Shown: piece after piece, positions 60,931 through 64,000 of the stretch | How positions within the stretch are numbered: position 1 is the stretch's first letter | Layout: every line of letters begins with the position of its first letter | DNA from: Rhynchobatus australiae | Taxonomy: Eukaryota | Direction of reading: 5' to 3' | Length of the DNA stretch: 64,000 nucleotides | NCBI GenBank assembly: GCA_034780895.1 | Contig: JAUZTB010000087.1 | Span: forward strand, 29,593,259-29,657,258 | Made by a program: the position numbers and the translations under genes | Notes under the pieces: generated by a model | Databases searched by the model: none | What the model saw: the letters and a program-made list of their open reading frames with translations, nothing else | Told to the model about the DNA's origin: nothing

Positions 60931-63900
60931 ATTTTGGTATTCATCACAAAAGAACCATATGAAAGGAGTAGCAGCAATCAAGTGAAGAATGCTGGAGTTG
61001 GCAAGCTAAGTCAAATTAAATCACCATAATGCTGTTTGGGATCAAAAATAGTAGTTTGCAAAATCTCAGCTACATCTTAAGTAGGTCATCTTATAACCAC
61101 AGCAAATTGGAATTTCATTTTTCACTCTAAATGAAGAACTTACAAGTTTTGACACACAGACTGAAAGAAATAACATGCCAGATTTTATTTTAATTGTAAA
61201 ATTTGCAATTCTTATCCTTAGCAAGCAACTGATTACAGTTATGGCCAATTAATTAACTCTCTATTCTATTCAATTTATCATTAGGTTCTAATACAACAGG
61301 GGAATGGGGCAAAAGAACATTCCTACTTCCTGCACTGCATTACACAAGTAGATTGTTTTACCTGAATCTACTCTTCATTGCATTCTGGTTACAAGACAAA
61401 ATGAAGACCAATTAAAATTGCAATTTTGGGACAACTGAGTATATACTTACTACAAAAATGTGCATTGCCAGAAAATTAAGTGGATCATAAAAATGTTCTT
61501 TTGTCAAGGAAATAAATTCTACATTTCTAAATTGATCACTGGGGAAGTTCTCATGAAATAAATACTTATATTTACACTGTTTTACCAAAACCATACAGCA
61601 GGCCAAAGGCAATAAGAAGTGTTCCAATGTTAAAATGTCCCTCAAAGTTGTAAAGTCCTGCACAAAACTAAAATGATTTGTCAATGATCAAATTACTAAA
61701 CAAATCTTGGAATACCGTTCCCTAGGGTGGCATTGTGACTAGTGAAATCATATAGCGACAACCTTCCACATCAGAGCTGACCGGTTTCATTCCATCTCAG
61801 CTGAAGTGAAATTATTCCCAAGTTTAAGACAGATGTCAATGCAGAAATTGAAAAGCAAAAAAAGCAGATACTGAGAATTAAAATAAAAACAGAAAATACT
61901 GCAAATACTCAGAAGACGAGGCAGAATCTTTGGAAAGAGAAGCAGAGTTGATGTTTCAAGTCAATGACCATTCTTCCTCTTTGTTTCTCTCCCCTATGAT
62001 GCTGAGTATTTCCAGCAATTTCTCGTTTTATGGCAAGTCATCAGCACTTGTGGACAGTAGAGATTTCCCTGGATTATCCACATTTAAATAGCAATGGGTT
62101 TCAGTGTTTGAAGTGCCTATACTTACTACACAAAAAGAAACTAAATAAAATAAAGTCGGAAATATTAAACTGCATTTGTTCAGTGATGAAAAAAATTTTC
62201 TCAATATCAATAACCAATTCCAAAAGGCACCAACTTGTTTTAACCATATTACACAAGTGTTAAGAGAATATAATCTACAGTAAGGAAAACATAAGAATGC
62301 CAAACATTTAATTCAAAACAAAAAAGCAAACCAATGTGAAAGGCGTAGATGGGGAGAAAACAGTTCATAAATTATGAAATTAGAGAAAGTCATAGGCATT
62401 TGCACTCATTTTTTGTTTTACAAAGACATGTTTCAGCCATCATGAAAACAATTTAAATAATTTTAGCATAAAGGTACATTTAAGAAACATTTTGTCCCCA
62501 ACCTACCATGCCTCAAAAAAGTTGAACAGTTACACCTCAAGGGACAATTACATCCTAAAATGTTTTGTATTACAATGCCACCTAACAAGTTAGAGCTTAG
62601 ACCAAAATATCTGCAACACAAAAAGTGTTGAAAAGTTAATCTCATTTAAAAATCAGAGTCAAAACATGCGACATAATAAAACCTTAGGCTCCAATATCAG
62701 GCGTTTATTTTCCACTAAAAGCATGGTCTTAAGATAATTGCATCAAGCAGACAGATCATGTTGCTTGCTGTTCAACTAAAATGCTTCTAAACATTATGGT
62801 ACACCAAAACAGTGTGTATTATGCAGTGTCATGAAACCTCCTCCAATATTATTTCAAATTATTTATCCATGAAGTCAAAAGATTCTGTCACTAACCAGAT
62901 ACATACAATTAAAGTTGAAAACAATGAAAAATATGAAAAAGGAATTACCATATTAAAAAGATGACAAAAAAGATGTTGCCTCAAACTTGAACACAGCTTG
63001 GCTATAAAAGCACATGCTACCAGTTACTCATTGCTTGAATTTAGAATTATATTGTATTTCGCATACTGTTTTGAATGCCATAAAACATGCAATAATAAAG
63101 AACAAATGCACTGGGGCAAAAAAAAACTAAAATCACCATCTTCACACAAACAGCAAACACAAAAATCAAGGCAATGGGCAAACAGACCATAAATGTACAC
63201 ATACCATATATCTCTTCCCATTCTGAATCTTCAGGAGGAGAGGAAAAAGAAAAAAAAATAAGTAGAATGACTTCATATATGTAAGCTGAATTCCTTCCTT
63301 CAGAAATTGTGTTGTGCAAAAGGAAAAACAAGGCAAGAATCTGGTTCTCGCCTTTCAGAAACACAAATATTACACTTGTACTAATGGGATATTCATCTAA
63401 AGACCAACGTTCACCCTCCCCTCCCCCCACTTTTGAGATGTAGTTTGCAGGCAATGCAGCTGCGTAATATCTACTAATTTTGAAGATTTTACCCTTACAG
63501 GCCTATAATAATAACAACATTATTCTGATATCATGGTTGAATAAATGTTACAAATGAACTATGTAATTGCAGAATTAAAACATCCACCTGGCAATTAAAT
63601 TTCTCCAAGATCACAGTTCACATTTCTAGCCAAATCATAAGAGGCATTTTTTCCTCAAGACCTACATTTTGACATCTTTTGACCATTCAGTTCAAAGATT
63701 TTAAAAATTCAAGATCTGACTGATTTGAAGAGAGAAAGTTGCAGTGCTTTAGACTAATTAGCAGTAATAAAAAGGGAAATCCTTCATTTCTAAATTTAAA
63801 TCAATTTGTGACCAACTTAAGTACATTAATCACATCAGTCTACAAAATAAATCTTAATAAGTCGTGATTATATACAATGATACTTCTCAGGCAGAGCTGT

Positions 63901-64000
63901 GGATATGAGGAACTTTGAATGAAGTTAAAAACTAGGCTTTTTTTTTAAAATCCAATGAAGTAAAACCTCAAGTCTCATATTTTTCAATATTATACAAAGA

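Noticed and set aside
47092-64000. Nested or antisense genes in the large upstream intron
   Set aside because: The short ORFs are LINE remnants or have no recognisable protein features; no tRNA, snoRNA or CpG-island promoter was seen.

Overview
Vertebrate genomic DNA from a gapped draft assembly. The repeat content (CR1/HER1-type LINEs, V-SINE/HE1-type SINEs, Penelope and RTE fragments) points to a shark or ray (inference). One gene spans the window on the minus strand: ANKHD1 (MASK1), partial. I mapped 23 coding exons by hand between 47091 and 1. They are exons 3-22 and 24-26, numbered by analogy with the mammalian gene from memory. Splice phases are consistent and give one continuous frame: two ankyrin-repeat clusters, a Q-rich coiled-coil linker, and the Lys/Glu-rich region before the KH domain. 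I did not find exons 1-2 in 47092-64000, and exon 23 is absent from called bases and probably lies in the 620-N gap. The rest is AT-rich intron with decayed retroelements and MITEs. No prokaryotic-type system is present. The best leads are splicing-related: a candidate 45-nt in-frame cassette exon in intron 14, a candidate poison/terminal exon in intron 15, an exon-3 acceptor with no pyrimidine tract but a perfect TACTAAC and an in-frame AG 33 nt downstream, a GC-AG intron and a NAGNAG acceptor. There is also a ~0.8-kb degenerate palindrome and a decayed Penelope hammerhead motif.
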